NCBI RefSeq assembly: GCF_009914755.1
Contig: NC_060935.1
Strand: one strand, 5' to 3'
Length of the DNA stretch: 64,000 nucleotides
From: the human T2T-CHM13v2.0 reference genome, Homo sapiens
The notes under the pieces: generated by a model
Database searches by the model: none
Told to the model about the DNA's origin: nothing
Seen by the model: the letters and a program-made list of their open reading frames with translations, nothing else
In this document: positions 15,633 to 29,749 of the stretch, in pieces
Layout of the letters: each line of letters opens with the position of its first letter
Numbering within the stretch: position 1 is the first letter of the stretch
Program-made: the position numbers and the translations under genes

Positions 15633-18600
15633 TGTGTATGTATACCCCAGTTAGTATAACACATTCATTTCCCTGCTCTCTCTGCTGAGAGGGCCTAGAA
15701 ATGGTGACATCTCAGTAGCAGTGAGCGCACCCAGCTCCTGGATCTTGGTTACTAAATATCACTCTCCAATAAAATAGCTCCTTGGAGAAATGGTTGACTC
15801 TAAGGCTGCAATAGGGAAAATGCAAGTTGAACCTAGAGTGCCTTATAGTGCCACAAACAAGAAAGTGCCCAAACAGAAGGGTGAGAGCATGTCAGTGGCA
15901 TAAACGGGAAGAATTTGAGCAAGAGAATAAATAACGTAGTATTGGATTAGAACTCAAAGTCTAAAATAAACATACATGAGCCCATACTGATAAAAATGAT
16001 TACATAAATACATGGGTGAGAAAACACAAATCTTCCTTACAGGAAAATTTCAAATAGTATACGTAGATTCCTATTCCCAGGAGATGGAGCTTAATCCTCT
16101 CAGATGCTAGTGTGGATTGGGCTTAGTGACTTCTTCAAAGAAAAAAATATGGCAAGGGAAAAATAATAACTTTACAGGGAGACGTCGAGCAACCACTCCC
16201 TTAACCAAATGACCAAAGTTAACATTACTAGTGTTAAGTCATATTGGTGTCATATATCCTCTGATGGGTGATGAAAAGGGTACTTCACCCCTGTGGTATT
16301 CCAAAAATAGACCCACGTATATATGGAAAACTGATTTTCAAAAGTGCAAAAGGCAATTCAGTTTCAACAAACGGTGCTGGAACAATTGGATTTCAATTGG
16401 ATATCACACTCTATATAAAAATTATTACAAAATATATTGTAGACCTAAAAGTAAAATAGAAAGTCACTCAGCTCTTAGAAGAAAATGTAGGGGTAAATCT
16501 TTGTGATTTGGGGTTAGGCAAAGATTTCTTAGGTATGATACCATAAACATGGGCAGTGACCTAATTTCCAAATAAAGTCCCACAGGTATGGAAGTTAAGA
16601 CTTCAGCATGTCTTTGGAGATAACACAATTCAACCTGCAACAAATATAATGGTTCCCAATTAGGACTGCTTTCATGTTTAATACAGAGAAACTGAGAATC
16701 TCTATATGAGTTTAGTGCTTTTCACATACTACCTAAGAAATGCATCTTCCACATTTACATTTAGTCTTCCAATGTGTTGGTGTTGTCATTAACAAAATAC
16801 AAATTCTCCTAAAAATATTATGAATTGTAGCTTTGGGCATTTATTCAGTTTGTGGATAGTATAATAATTGCTATTATGTGTATCCCTGGGTTTTGTTTGT
16901 GTGTTTGTTTTCTACTTTCAACACAAATAGGGAGAGAGTCTCTCTCACCGATTTCGTGCCACACTTTGTCACTTGGGCATTAAAATAATTTTACCCTGGC
17001 CCTTTGTCTTACAAGGTCTGTTGCCAAAACAAGCTTCTTCAGCTTCTGCTGCTGTTTCCATAAAGATTTGACATGAGTTCATGGAATTGATCTCGGGGAC
17101 GAGTGTGTCCTCTCTTTTCTGTTTACCTAGTACCCACAGAAACTCCTGTCATTTCTAGTCCAAACTCCCACCTGGATTCCTTACTATAAATGAATTCATC
17201 CCAAGGAAGAAATCAAGGGGGAGTATAGAACTTGGGTTACAAGGATATTTGTTATAACATTCTTTATTATGCTGAAAAATTAGACCCAGCCTAAATATTT
17301 ACAAAAGGGAACTTCTTAATTAAATAGCCATATCACAGGATACTTTGCAGTTATCAAGAATTATTTAGAACTATGTTTTTTAAATCTTTATCTGATTTGG
17401 AAGTTCAATATATAGAATGAATAAAAAACAAAGCAGCTCTGATATGTGGGAAGTCTAGAGCCCCATCTACACACTCCCGCTCTGTGAGGGACCTCTTTTA
17501 AACCTCTAGAATTTTATAGAGCACAGTTTAAAACCAGCACTGTAGTGAAATATTTAATATGTAAACATATGTTGATATTTTATGAAGTTAAAGTTGTCAA
17601 TATGTCCAGTATGCTTTAATTTTTATGAAAATAAATTTTAAACATTGTATACAGAAATCTATCTCTATTTTGGGAAAGAATGGGAATATATGCATAACAA
17701 TGCTGGGTGTTGGGATTATGGGTGATTTTTGTTTACTATTTTGTCTTTAGTTTTTAAAAGTTTATACGTGTACTTCTTTGGACATAAAGAAAGTGAGACA
17801 TTTCTTCATATTGAAAAGGCAGAGAGAACCATTGCTTTATAGGAAACTACAGTTTGGAAAAACGGCAGTCTCATTACTCAATCCCTTGAGAGAGGAATTA
17901 TCTTGAAAATGTTATAAAAAATATTAGTAACAGATTTACTAGTGTCAGTGGTCTTGTGTGTTAAGTATATTAGGATAAGCCACATTTGTAACAGCTAACG
18001 GAGAAAACATAACTGAATGTCAGTGTTACACAGTGAACTTTGTAGAGCAGTGATTCCCAATTCTGAGATGTTGTAAGAGGAATGTCAGAATTCCTAAAAC
18101 ACTCATCCTCCAACCTTTCAAATTCAGTGCTGTGGTGAGCCATTGTTACTGATAAGGGTATATCCCACTTGTGATTTCTTTGTTTTGGGTCAAGAAAAGC
18201 TTTTGTAGAAGCCAGTGTAAAATGGCATGCATATAATTAATTTCCTCATCTTTTCCTCATAAAATCAGAGGTCCTTTTATCGATGGTGGTTTGAAAGTCT
18301 GGGGTATTCAGATTTGGCAGCAGAAAGTGTGTTTTTTTTGTGTGTGTGTGATAAACTAGGTGGATTGCTAATTCTGATTGAGGAATTCGTAATGTTTGAC
18401 ACCAGAACCAGAGCACTTGTGAAAAGAAGTCTCTTTAGTACAAAACCAAAAATTTAATTACAGCATTTGTTATAACTATAGCCAATAAAAGTATTTTTAA
18501 TGAAAAAGAATTTCCGCAGAAGAAAATGCTTTCTATTAATGCAGAAGGTGTTATATAGAAGATTTAATTGTAATGATATTGGTTATGATCCGTTTTTTGT

Positions 18601-18792
18601 TTTATCTTTACCTGTATTTTATATTCGTATAACCTCTAAATTTTACAAATTACCCATAATACATTTCTTATATAATTAAAAAAATTCTGAGTACAGAACA
18701 GGAAATATGTTCAATCTTTATTCCATTAGAGTTCTACTTGGAAAGTATTAATATGTAAGGTTTTTATTTCTCCATAAGAAATAGACCTATAT

Positions 18793-19120
18793 AGTCAGGC
18801 ACAGTGTCTCATGCCTGTAATCCCAGTGCTTTGGGAGGCTGAGGCTTGAGGATTGCTTGAGGCCAGGAGTTTGAGACCAACCTGGGCAACACAGCAAGAC
18901 CTGGTCTCTACAAAAAAATTCTTAAAAAATTTAGCTGGGTGTGGTGGCATGCTCCTGTGGTCCTACCTACTTAGGAGGCTAAGGTAGGAGGATTCCCTTG
19001 AGCCCAGGAGTTCGAGGTTACAGTGACCTATGATTGTGCCACTGCACTCCAGCCTGAGTGAGAGAGTGAGACATTGTCTCCAAAAAAAAAAAAAAAAAAA
19101 AAAAAAAAAGAAAAGAAAGA
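18793..19120 (+). mobile_element. AluJ
   Basis: Alu dimer, ggttacagtgacctatgattgtgcc, long polyA. Confidence 0.9.
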
Positions 19121-20701
19121 TAAATAGATCTATGTCTAGTTAATTCGAGGAGATGGTACACATTTTTAGAGCACATGAGAACGAAGTTTATACTTTTCTG
19201 ATTTTCTGGGTTTCCTTGATGATTTTTTGGCAAATCCTTGTCTGTTTAGCTGTCTGGCATATGTATGACTGTGGTTGGGCTTCTTTGTACTCAACCAATG
19301 AATGCATACCAACTGTAACACCTGAAGGTAGGATCATGAATAAATACTCTGTGATTTGGGGTTAGTATAGTTTTGGTTGTTTTCCCTTCTCCTGAGATTT
19401 CAGAAATAAAAGATTCCTATTCCTGTGATTTTTTTGGCACACAGTAAGACATATTTGATACATAAGATAAGTCATTATAATTAACTTGTCGAATCACTTT
19501 TTCTTGCTGCAGAATGATATTTTTATGAATGCCTTAGGTTTTTTCAATAAAAAATGCAACCAAACTGCAAATGTACTGTGATTTAAAGTGGTAATGTCAG
19601 AATTTAAATTTTGAGTAGTACTCTTTTTTTAAATCATAGAATGCTCTATGTTTATTCAAAAAAGTAAAATATTATTAGACAGTATTTTTTATTTTAATTT
19701 TGCATTTAAATAAAGTTCTCAAGCTCAGACTGAAAAGTAAACACTGTATGTTGGAGCCTGTCTCAACGACACTTAAAAGCTAAGACTTTCTACTTTTTCA
19801 GAAGTACATTTGTATCTTTTGGCAAATGTGTAGAAAGCAGCCTGTCCTAACAAATTTTGTTCACCTGTTCTCACTTCAGTTTATAGATTGTTAAACATTT
19901 AATCATAATATATTTTATATACAATATTTATGTGAAAAATGCCCATCCTTGATTAAGGGGATTTTTTTCTACTCTTATTTTTATTATTTTTACCAGTATA
20001 TTCTGAAGTAGAGAAATGTGAAATGAGATGAAGATTTAAATTCCTAGCAAACAGAATCATGCATTGCCCCTGTTTTATAAGTAATGAGATCATTTTGTAG
20101 AGTCCAGTTTATTTACATTTGTTAAATGATATTAATATCTCTTCCATAAGCATGAATTTGGTGGTTTGCATGGTGTTCACTGAGGTGAGGATACTTGTTT
20201 AAGTATTTTGAGGATCTCATACTTTCCTAGCAGTTCTTTTTACTTGGTTTTCTGAAGTGAATATAGTCTTTAAAAAAAAGTATAAGGTACTAGTAATCAG
20301 ATACTCATGATCACAAATGAAAGTGGTGGAGAAACCTTTTAAGGAATATTCACAAAAGTGATAATTTTCCAGATTGTCAATGAGGAAATGAAAGTCTCTA
20401 ATAAGCTGTCACATTAATTGTGAGCTGCATTTCTCAGTCAGCAACAACTAATAGTCAATCTATAATAGCTCCAGCAGAGGGAATGAAAGTAATTTAGAAA
20501 AAAGTTTACTATTTGATTTGTCAAAGTGTGTCCAGGAAGTAAGAGAGCCTAACCAAGGGGCTGTTGTGCATGTAAGCTCTTCAGTAAAAGTGGTGGTGTA
20601 CTAAGCTATATTTAAGAAGGTAATTTGAGATTTTATATTACATGCTAGTGAATCATTTTTGGATTTTGCACCAGAACTGAGCTCTTTGGTCCCTGCCTGT
20701 C

Positions 20702-21027
20702 TGTGGTTTGTGTTGCAAGGTCCAGAGGCTTAAAACAAAGAACACCATGGGAAATTCTCCATGAGTCATTCCGTCAGCTGTAGCTTCTGTTTTATAGTCC
20801 TTCGGATATAACTAGTGTTTTAATGCCAGCTCTCCTAGCCGCTTTTCATGCTTTGGTTCTATATGCTAATAAAAAAGTATGGCAGTATGGCTATTGTAGA
20901 TAACGTTCAGACTTTTTTTTCTCCCGATTCCACAATTTTTAGTTCTTCTAATGGCTCTAAGCTAGACCAATTATAAATTGTAACTGGTGAAAAGATTTAT
21001 GACTGTTTATTTTGTTGTAGTTGCGAG
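20702..21027 (+). promoter_or_regulatory. Candidate enhancer/promoter followed by a candidate exon ending at GAG|gtaagc
   Basis: RUNX, SOX, kB-like, AP-1, TEAD and E-box motifs within 80 bp; in-frame ATG 20999 and strong donor 21028. Confidence 0.5.
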
Positions 21028-22957
21028 GTAAGCGAGTGGTCACTTAATACTTTTGGTTCTGTGAATCTTACTGTCCAGAGAACTAAAGATTGAATTAGCA
21101 GTTCAGCTGGAGTCAGCACTATGTGCTAAATCCCTATACTTAAGAGCTCTTATGTATTGCAGACAAATGTCCTCTTAGCTGTTTTGTTATTTTGTGAAAA
21201 ATAATAATAATAGAGCAAGGCAGTTTAGATTCATATCAGTTTCAAATTTTAAGTACCATGTTTTAAGCCATTCTAATTGTTTTGTAGAAACAGATAAATT
21301 AAAAACTTGATTTAAATCCAGCCCACAGGATGCCTTAATCACCTTTGATATTTTAAAGGAGATGAGGAAATAATGGACTTTTTTGCTAGTAAGTGGCAGG
21401 TATGGTCAACACAATTTCACTACATTTGAAAAAAATCACTTTCCCTGCTTGCCAGGAAAATTTAAAGTGCAGATTGTAACCTGATCTTTTTTCTTACAGT
21501 GTAACGTCTGAGAAGTTCAAGTATTGACATGAATTTTCTATGATACCACTTGGTAAATTAAATCTGTGGTTTCATCACTGGCTTTGAATTATATATTTCT
21601 ATGCATTTTACTTAGCTAAAAACTTATTTGAATATTTAGTCTTTAAATTTATTTTTTCTTTTCTGCTTATTTGAATACATATCACCAACATTCAGATTTT
21701 ATTTTTGTTTTTCTTAATAGTAAATACATAAGTGGTTACTGCTTGCTAGGCAATGCTTCTTATTTTCTAATTTAATCCCCAAAACAAATTTGTGAGGTAT
21801 AGGTAGATGTATTAGTAATTATGTTTTAGAGGAGATGCTTAAAGAGGTTAAGCAACTTGTTCAAGTTCAAATACCTGTTAAATTATGAAACTAGAATATT
21901 AACCCAGTTACATTTGTTTCTGAGGAGTCTTTTGCCCCCAAGGCCTTGAAATTTTAGGGAATTTTCATTTATAGCAATCAATAATACTATTCCCATCCCA
22001 CCCTGTCCATTTCTGATTTTCAATAGTATAGTTTCTGCACTGATATTTACATCGTCTTACGATGGTTGAGCCTTAAAATTACCTGCATTGTTGTCTGATT
22101 TGCAATTCTTTGTCTAGTAACTCTTCTCACTGGAGTGGGTTCCAATAAAATGGTGCTGTATTTCACTCAAAATCAAGTTGCAGTGTTTTTTCCTCCTCAT
22201 TTTAACATCACTAAAATCAGAGTGTATCTACTAATGGAATTCTTGATAATTCTAAATTTAATAGGTAACATTCTTTGACTGCTAATAAAATCTTAACCAC
22301 TATCCAATGTAAGAAAAATTTGTTTAACCATCTCCCCTTCATTTCAACCATTCCTTATTAAGAAGAACCAACTACAGTCTCAAATGCTCCTTTATAACTA
22401 AGCCCAGGGAAGACATATCTAACACCCTAGAGGAGAGAGAAAAGGGTATGAATTAAGGTTTGAGTGTGATATCAGCATTTCTTCTCATATGGCTTCAGAA
22501 CACTTCTCACTGAAGTATTGTCAAAAGGCTCTTTATGCACTGAAATCAATAAAAGAAAAAAACAATTTCTAGCAGGCTATTTATTATAAGCAAATATGTG
22601 ACGACACAAAACTTTCTGGTCCTTTGCAATTTTTTAAGTCCAAAAGAAATTCTGTTTAACAATATTAAAGGACTATTCCAGTTACAAAATTGTGTGTTTG
22701 TGTATGCTTATTAGAATAATTAAACTTGGTTAAAATGTAAGTCTTACTCTAGTATACATTATTTATTGGGTAAGTGTTATTTAACTACCAAATCACATTT
22801 CCCTCTACACTGTAATAACACATCGGGAAGGGCCACCTAGGGCTTTAAAATTAGAACTCAGAATTTAACAAGGAAAAGGTATTCTGAGTTGAGTGAATAA
22901 ATGTATTCTGAACGTTTAAGGCCTTTGGTTAAGATTTCTAAAATGTAGCTGTGCTTA

Positions 22958-23293
<336 letters not shown>

Positions 23294-25875
23294 CTAGCCA
23301 CCATATCCCAGTGATTCAAATTCCTGATAATTCTTTGCTTTATTAATCATCGTTCTTCATTTTGGAATTTGACTTTTTTGCTATCTGTTAATAGAAAAAT
23401 ACACACACACACATATAAGTAAACACAGTATATTCATTGTTGACCAAGTGTCCAAGTTATCAATATGATATTTTCAAAAACCAGGCACAGTTTCATTAGG
23501 CACCTGTAACATTATGTCATAGTCACATACAGCTGTTCTACATAATATCGATCCAAAAGATATTGTCATGATTTCATGATTAGACTACACAGTGGACAGG
23601 GACTTAAAAATATAGGAGTTTTGTTCACCAGAATGTATTTCATCAGACTAATGGTTGAACTGATTTGTTGCTTATGACCTGGCCACTTTGTAGCTTTCAG
23701 ACCTGCCTTTCTGTAGCAGTTGATAGTATGGATTATCTGATCTTCCTTCCCTTCTGGGACAGGCTTTTCTCTTTTCTAATTCATTTTCTTAATCTCCTAC
23801 CTCCATTCTCAATCATGCAGATGCTAGTTTCTCCCCCATATTTGAGCCTGAGCATTTTTTCAAGTTTCCTTGGTGTTTTACATTTCAGTGACCATCAGTA
23901 GGTTGATAACTCAAATCTGCAACTTTAGCCCCAGGCTTTCTTTGAGGTTCTAGCTTTCTATTTCCAGCTCTCTGATTACATCTGTCTCAATATTCAGCAT
24001 GTGGTAGGGATTTTGCAAAACTATGGGATTATCTTGGTGACTTTCCTAGCTGAAGCAGAGAGAACTAATGAAATAGCCAAGAAGGTTCTTGACATTGTTA
24101 CTTATGCATATAAGCATATATATACACACATATGTACACATATATTTATTTGCTTTAGCAGATACTTTAAAGTAGAATTCAATGATTAGAGAAAAAATTA
24201 TGATTTTAATATTATTTGAGACGTTCTTAATCTATACTTGAAGTAGTAAGTAGATTATGATAAGCAAGTTGGACTGTGGGCGTGGTCCTTGTTCATTTTC
24301 TCATTCCGTTTTTGTCCCCATTTTTCCTCTCCTTTTTCATTACCTTGTAAGAGAAAATAGCTCAGGAAACGGGTTTACAATCAGTAGTCTGGGAACTTCC
24401 GGGATTCTTTACCAGCATCCCCCTGGATGTTGCAGTCCCTGACGCAAGCAGCATTGTTTTAGGGTAGGAGTTTTTATAATGGCTGTGAGGTCGAGTGCCT
24501 AAGGTTGATAAATGGCAGTTGTTATCCTTTGCAGAAACTCAGTTGGAATCCTTTCTGTCAACTTGTATGTTCATCTGTAAATTAAGAAACATGTTCCCAT
24601 TCCCTCCCTCTCCTACCTCAACAGTTATGGACAGACTGCTTAGGAACTCCTATTTCTGAAGATTTCGTGGTCTTTTGTAAAGTCAGTTTGTTCTCTAGAG
24701 CAGTGTCATCTTGTCCCAGAACCCCCTTTACTTACTACCACTACTTCTTTGTAAGTTAACATGCTATCACTGATTAGGAAAGGTTTTAGATTCTTAGTCT
24801 TTTTCTATGGATCAATTTTGGTTTAAATAGGTGTCGAAGGGAATTGTAAGTCAGCTTGTATTTTGGAGGTTTTGTTTCTACCTCCATGCCAAATGAAATG
24901 TAGTCATTGAAGTATCATTGTATTATGTTTATTTCTGTCTTTACTAATAGGCTTTTTTAAAACCCTAGTTTTACTGATGTTCTTAATAAAGTACGGTTCC
25001 TATTACTAAATAATCTTTACATAAAATGCCATAGGTTGAAATAATTTAAAAGACAGAAATCAAAATGTAGGATGATATTTGAGAAGACTTAGATTAGCAT
25101 TTATATATAGCATCAAACGCTTATCAAGAAGCTTCCGGCAGTATTCATTTAAAAGAGAGAGAACCAGGAGGAAATGCTGTAGTTCTTTCAGCTTATAGGA
25201 CCCCCCCAGAAAAACAAAACAGGAAAGTGCCCTTTGTTTTCTACTTTTGGAAGGTATTTTTTGTAACCGATAATTACTTTAATGTTAATTTTTTTCTAGA
25301 TAATCTGTTATTAAATCTAAACCTAATAATTGAGGATCACGATGACATAGATCAATAGTGCAGTAATCAACACCCAGATATTTTGGGAAGTAGTGTGAAG
25401 TGATGGGAAGGAAGGAACTTTCCCTTCTAGGAAAACAGTGAGAATAATATTTTAATGGCAAAATATTTCTTTTTGTCTTGATTTTTAAAAATCTATAAAA
25501 TGGAAAGTATATCTCTTCATAGAGATTTCTTTTTTTCAAGATTAAACGAGATAATACATGTGGAAATAATGCATAGCATTTGGTAAGCCCTTTATAAATT
25601 TAGCAATTGCTCTTATTATTGGGATTTTTAAAAAGAAAAGCTATATTCTAGGACAGCTGATGGTAAATGCACTGGCAGTTTAAGATTTAACAAAGTAGTT
25701 AAGATACTTAAACATGGTGTTCAACTTCTTATTCCTCCAGCTTATTGATTCTTGCTATTGGAAAGTTACCATAAGATTTAAATCTCTTATTCTGGTTCAG
25801 TAGGATGAATAAATTTAGTAACAAAATCTTACAAGTAAAGTAACTACATCTATCCTTATTTTTTCTTTGTTTCAG

Positions 25876-25899
25876 GTTTCCCCTCAAAAAACCTATAAG
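25876..25899 (+). CDS. ARHGEF12: ARHGEF12 exon 2, 24 nt, (R)FPLKKPI(R), phase 2-2
   Basis: ttgtttcag|GTTTCCCCTCAAAAAACCTATAAG|gtaagt. Confidence 0.95.
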
Positions 25900-26287
25900 G
25901 TAAGTTTGCTCAATTACACTTCATACTCAAGTTTAGGTTATATTTTAATTATAAGCATCCCTTTGAAATTATGGTGGATTTTTGTGGTTTTTGAGAATGT
26001 GTATTCAAGTAATTCAAAATTTCAAAATGTTTTACAAATTTAAAATGTAAAAGATGTTACTTTTTCTGGAAGACAGCATTGTTTTGATAATACTTCTAAT
26101 ATAAGCATTTAAAAATTTTGTTCAAAAGGATATTTAAGGTCACACTGAAGAGACTTAATTTTGAAGTCTATTTGTGACTGTTTTGAATTATGAGTAGCTT
26201 AGGAGGTGAAAATAGAATGCTAGTTTTTGATGTGTTTTATCACTTGTGTGACTATAATTGCCTTTAGTTAATGTACTTTGGTACTAG

Positions 26288-26615
<328 letters not shown>

Positions 26616-27495
26616 TAGTCTTAATTACTTTAAGACAGTGAAGAAAAAAATCCAAAATGTTAAAATGTATCTATGCCTATATCCATGTCTATATATTTAT
26701 TCATTTCCAGGTCTTAAATGCCTCTTCCTCAGTATTTTTGCTTTCAGCATTTCTTCTGTTATCTTATCATAAATATTATTTAAAATGTAGGTAGTATGTC
26801 ATTCCTAATTATTATATTTTATCATTTTTAGTGTCAGCATAGTCCAGGATCCAATGCTAACCTTGGCATTTCAGTGAATATGTGTATGTGTACATATGTA
26901 TTATTGTTATGGTCTTGTCACCCAACCATTATCTGATCAGTGTAATTGGCTAAGCCATAGAAGTAATAATAATAATAATGTCATTGGTCCTTAAAGTGGT
27001 TGGCTAAGACTTCTGTGGCTAGAACTACATCAGCAGGCTTAAAATGAGGCTTGCCTAAGGCTGCTTTTTAAATGTTAAACCGTTCTCATGCATGCTCTAT
27101 TTATGCAGTGATTTTGAACTTGATCATAGTATATGTAGAGTTGGAGAATGGGTTTAATTCCTTTTAGGCACTGTGTTTTTTTTGTCTGTTAAATGGAAAT
27201 GATAGTATTGACCTGTGAAAACCACACAAAAAAAATGTAAGCAGTTACTTCTGAGAATAAAAGAGACTTTAATGCTGAATACTATTTTTAATTATTTTAA
27301 GCAGTTTTTATAATCAAGTAAATAGACTGTGTATAACCAAAACTTATTGAAAAATGTAAATTAGAGAGGCTTATGGTGCTGTGTAAAGTAAACTGATTTC
27401 CTGGTTTTTCTTGTAAGATCCACTTTTAGAATTTTAAATTTTTTATTCTAATGATTTTCTTGCACTAAGCATTTGATTACTTTGCTTTAATTTAG

Positions 27496-27581
27496 GCATG
27501 GAAGTATTTTGAACCGAGAGTCACCAACAGATAAGAAGCAGAAAGTTGAGCGCATTGCATCACATGATTTTGACCCCACAG
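27496..27581 (+). CDS. ARHGEF12: ARHGEF12 exon 3, 86 nt, HGSILNRESPTDKKQKVERIASHDFDPT
   Basis: tttag|GCATGG...CCCACAG|gtaaaa; phase 2 to 1. Confidence 0.96.
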
Positions 27582-29151
27582 GTAAAACACTATTCATTCT
27601 TTCAAAGAGTATTGAGAGTAGTGAAGTTCAGAATAATAGAGCTTAAGCTACCCGAAACACTCAGGAATAGTTGTTTGATCTGTTTTAGGACTCTCACATT
27701 CCTCCAATTATATCATAATAAAGCCTTTGCATTTAGTAGGAATGCAAGCATTTTTAACTTCCAACACTGTACATTCCACTACAGAAGTATCATTGTAGAG
27801 TATATTGTATCTTTAAATAGTGATAATAATAGAAATGGTTATATAATAATTGGAGATTTGGTCAGATCAAGAACTCAGTGTTAAGTTGAATCATGGTATA
27901 AGCAGTAATATGTCATAAAACCAAGGCTCTAACAACTCGACACTTGCGTAGTCATCTAAAAATTCAATTGTGATTATGGTGAATTGGAGTTTTAGATAAA
28001 TCAGTTTCACAAATTAATGATGGTCTCATTTTAGAGTAAACAAATGAATAGAAATCCCTTTCTCTTCAGTCAAAAAGTATTCTGAACTTAAAGAGCTGTC
28101 TTTCAACCTAAGCAGTGTCGATCTTTCCTAGGGTTGTCACCTTAACAGACTTTCAGATTGATCTCCTTTTAAAACATCTAGGCTTTTTCCTTTTGCTTTC
28201 TCCTTGTAAGCTTACTCCATATTTGATTCATAGAAAGTGCTTGGTAATCTTGCTTTTTTCATTTGAAACTGATATATATTTTTTGTGCACATACTATTTT
28301 ATTCAGTTGCCTGTCCCTTTGACAAGAGACGAAGTAAATCCCGCTATCTCAGATACATAAAAATAATGTATCTATTTTTAGGTATTTTTACTTAGAAATA
28401 TAATTTTAAATATTTAATAGAGAATAGTATGTTTTATTTATCTAAGACATTTCATACTTTATTAGTATAAACTCCTTTATTTTGAAAAAATATTATAAAT
28501 ATTATCTAGGAAGCACATAGATAATCATTTTCTGCATTTTGGGTAGTAGGTAAAATGAAATTCCAATCATCAATTTAGGAGGCTTTGGTGGTGGGACTAT
28601 GTATTATGTCACTTACAGATCTCCATGAAGAGAGAATTTTCCATTCTGATGCCTAATTTTGTAGTCATGGGGCTCAGAGGCTTTCATTTACATGATTAGG
28701 TATTGTCTTGCCAATAAGGTCAAAAGTTTCTGCCCTATGTTCAGAAAAATATAATCTTGTTAGGTTTATTTTGTATCTACATCTGTGCTGTGCCCATCTC
28801 CAAAGACAGATTTAAGCAAAGATGTATACAATGCTTCATAATGAGATCATTATAGCTTTTAGTGCTTTTGTCATCTCTACAATTATCAGGTGATATATTT
28901 TGTATACTATTCATGTGTTGTTTTGTTTGAACATATTTTTATTGCACTGTCTTTTCTTCGATAAATCTTTAAAATATGTCATTACCTGTGCTGTTTGTGA
29001 CTATTCTAAGTGCTGTCATCTGTTATGTTCATACTTTGTGTTTGCACGATTTAACTTGATCATGATTCATTCTTTTTTCCCCATGAATTTTTCCCCTTAC
29101 ATTGTCTCCATATTTTCTATATCTCTCTCCTTTTCTCCCGCTCTTGTGCAG

Positions 29152-29208
29152 ATAGCTCCTCCAAGAAGACAAAGTCTAGTTCAGAGGAGAGTAGATCCGA
29201 GATATATG
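29152..29208 (+). CDS. ARHGEF12: ARHGEF12 exon 4, 57 nt, (D)SSSKKTKSSSEESRSEIY(G); symmetric cassette exon
   Basis: long polypyrimidine tract, tgcag|ATAGC...ATATG|gtaagc; phase 1-1. Confidence 0.95.
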
Positions 29209-29736
29209 GTAAGCTAATGTAGCTAATTCAGCCTTGCCCTTTGGAGCTTGCTTCATGGTGTTCCTTTTCTGTTCTTTTTTTCCTTTCTTTCTTTCTTTTT
29301 AAATAACTGCAGCCTTTCTTGTGTCTGCTGTGCATGGCATGATCTACTGCAGGGAAAGGGAGCCTGGGGTTTTAACGTGGCTGTGATGTGGAAGCTTAAG
29401 GTTGCTAGAAACTAACATTGTAGATTAAGAGTAGGCCACATTGCCCATCTTCTCCCGTCTTGTTTATGGTAGGAAGGTGATTATCTCTAATATGTTTGGG
29501 TCAGGTTCCTCCAAATAACATGAATGGGCTTTGAATTCTTGTCATCTTCTTCCCACATCTCATTTGCAGAGTTTGGATTATGAAGAATTTGAGGAATTAA
29601 GTCTTTTCCTCTAAGTATAATACTGGTGTAATTTAGACGTATTAGCAGTTCTTTGGAATTTTTATTTCATTTTTTGTTTGTTTATTTTTAATTGCCTCGT
29701 CATGTGGAAAAGTCATTCTTGTATAATTTATCCACG

Positions 29737-29749
29737 ATGGCAAAAATAC
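29737..29749 (+). CDS. Candidate alternative start exon, MAKI(R), in frame with exon 5
   Basis: CCACG ATG GCA AAA ATA C|gtaagt; strong Kozak, phase 1. Confidence 0.55.

Noticed and set aside
15341-15688. 115-aa ORF
   Set aside because: Lies within the THE1 LTR and starts at a non-ATG codon
16932-16946. GAGAGAG-T-CTCTCTC palindrome
   Set aside because: Short and low complexity; expected by chance
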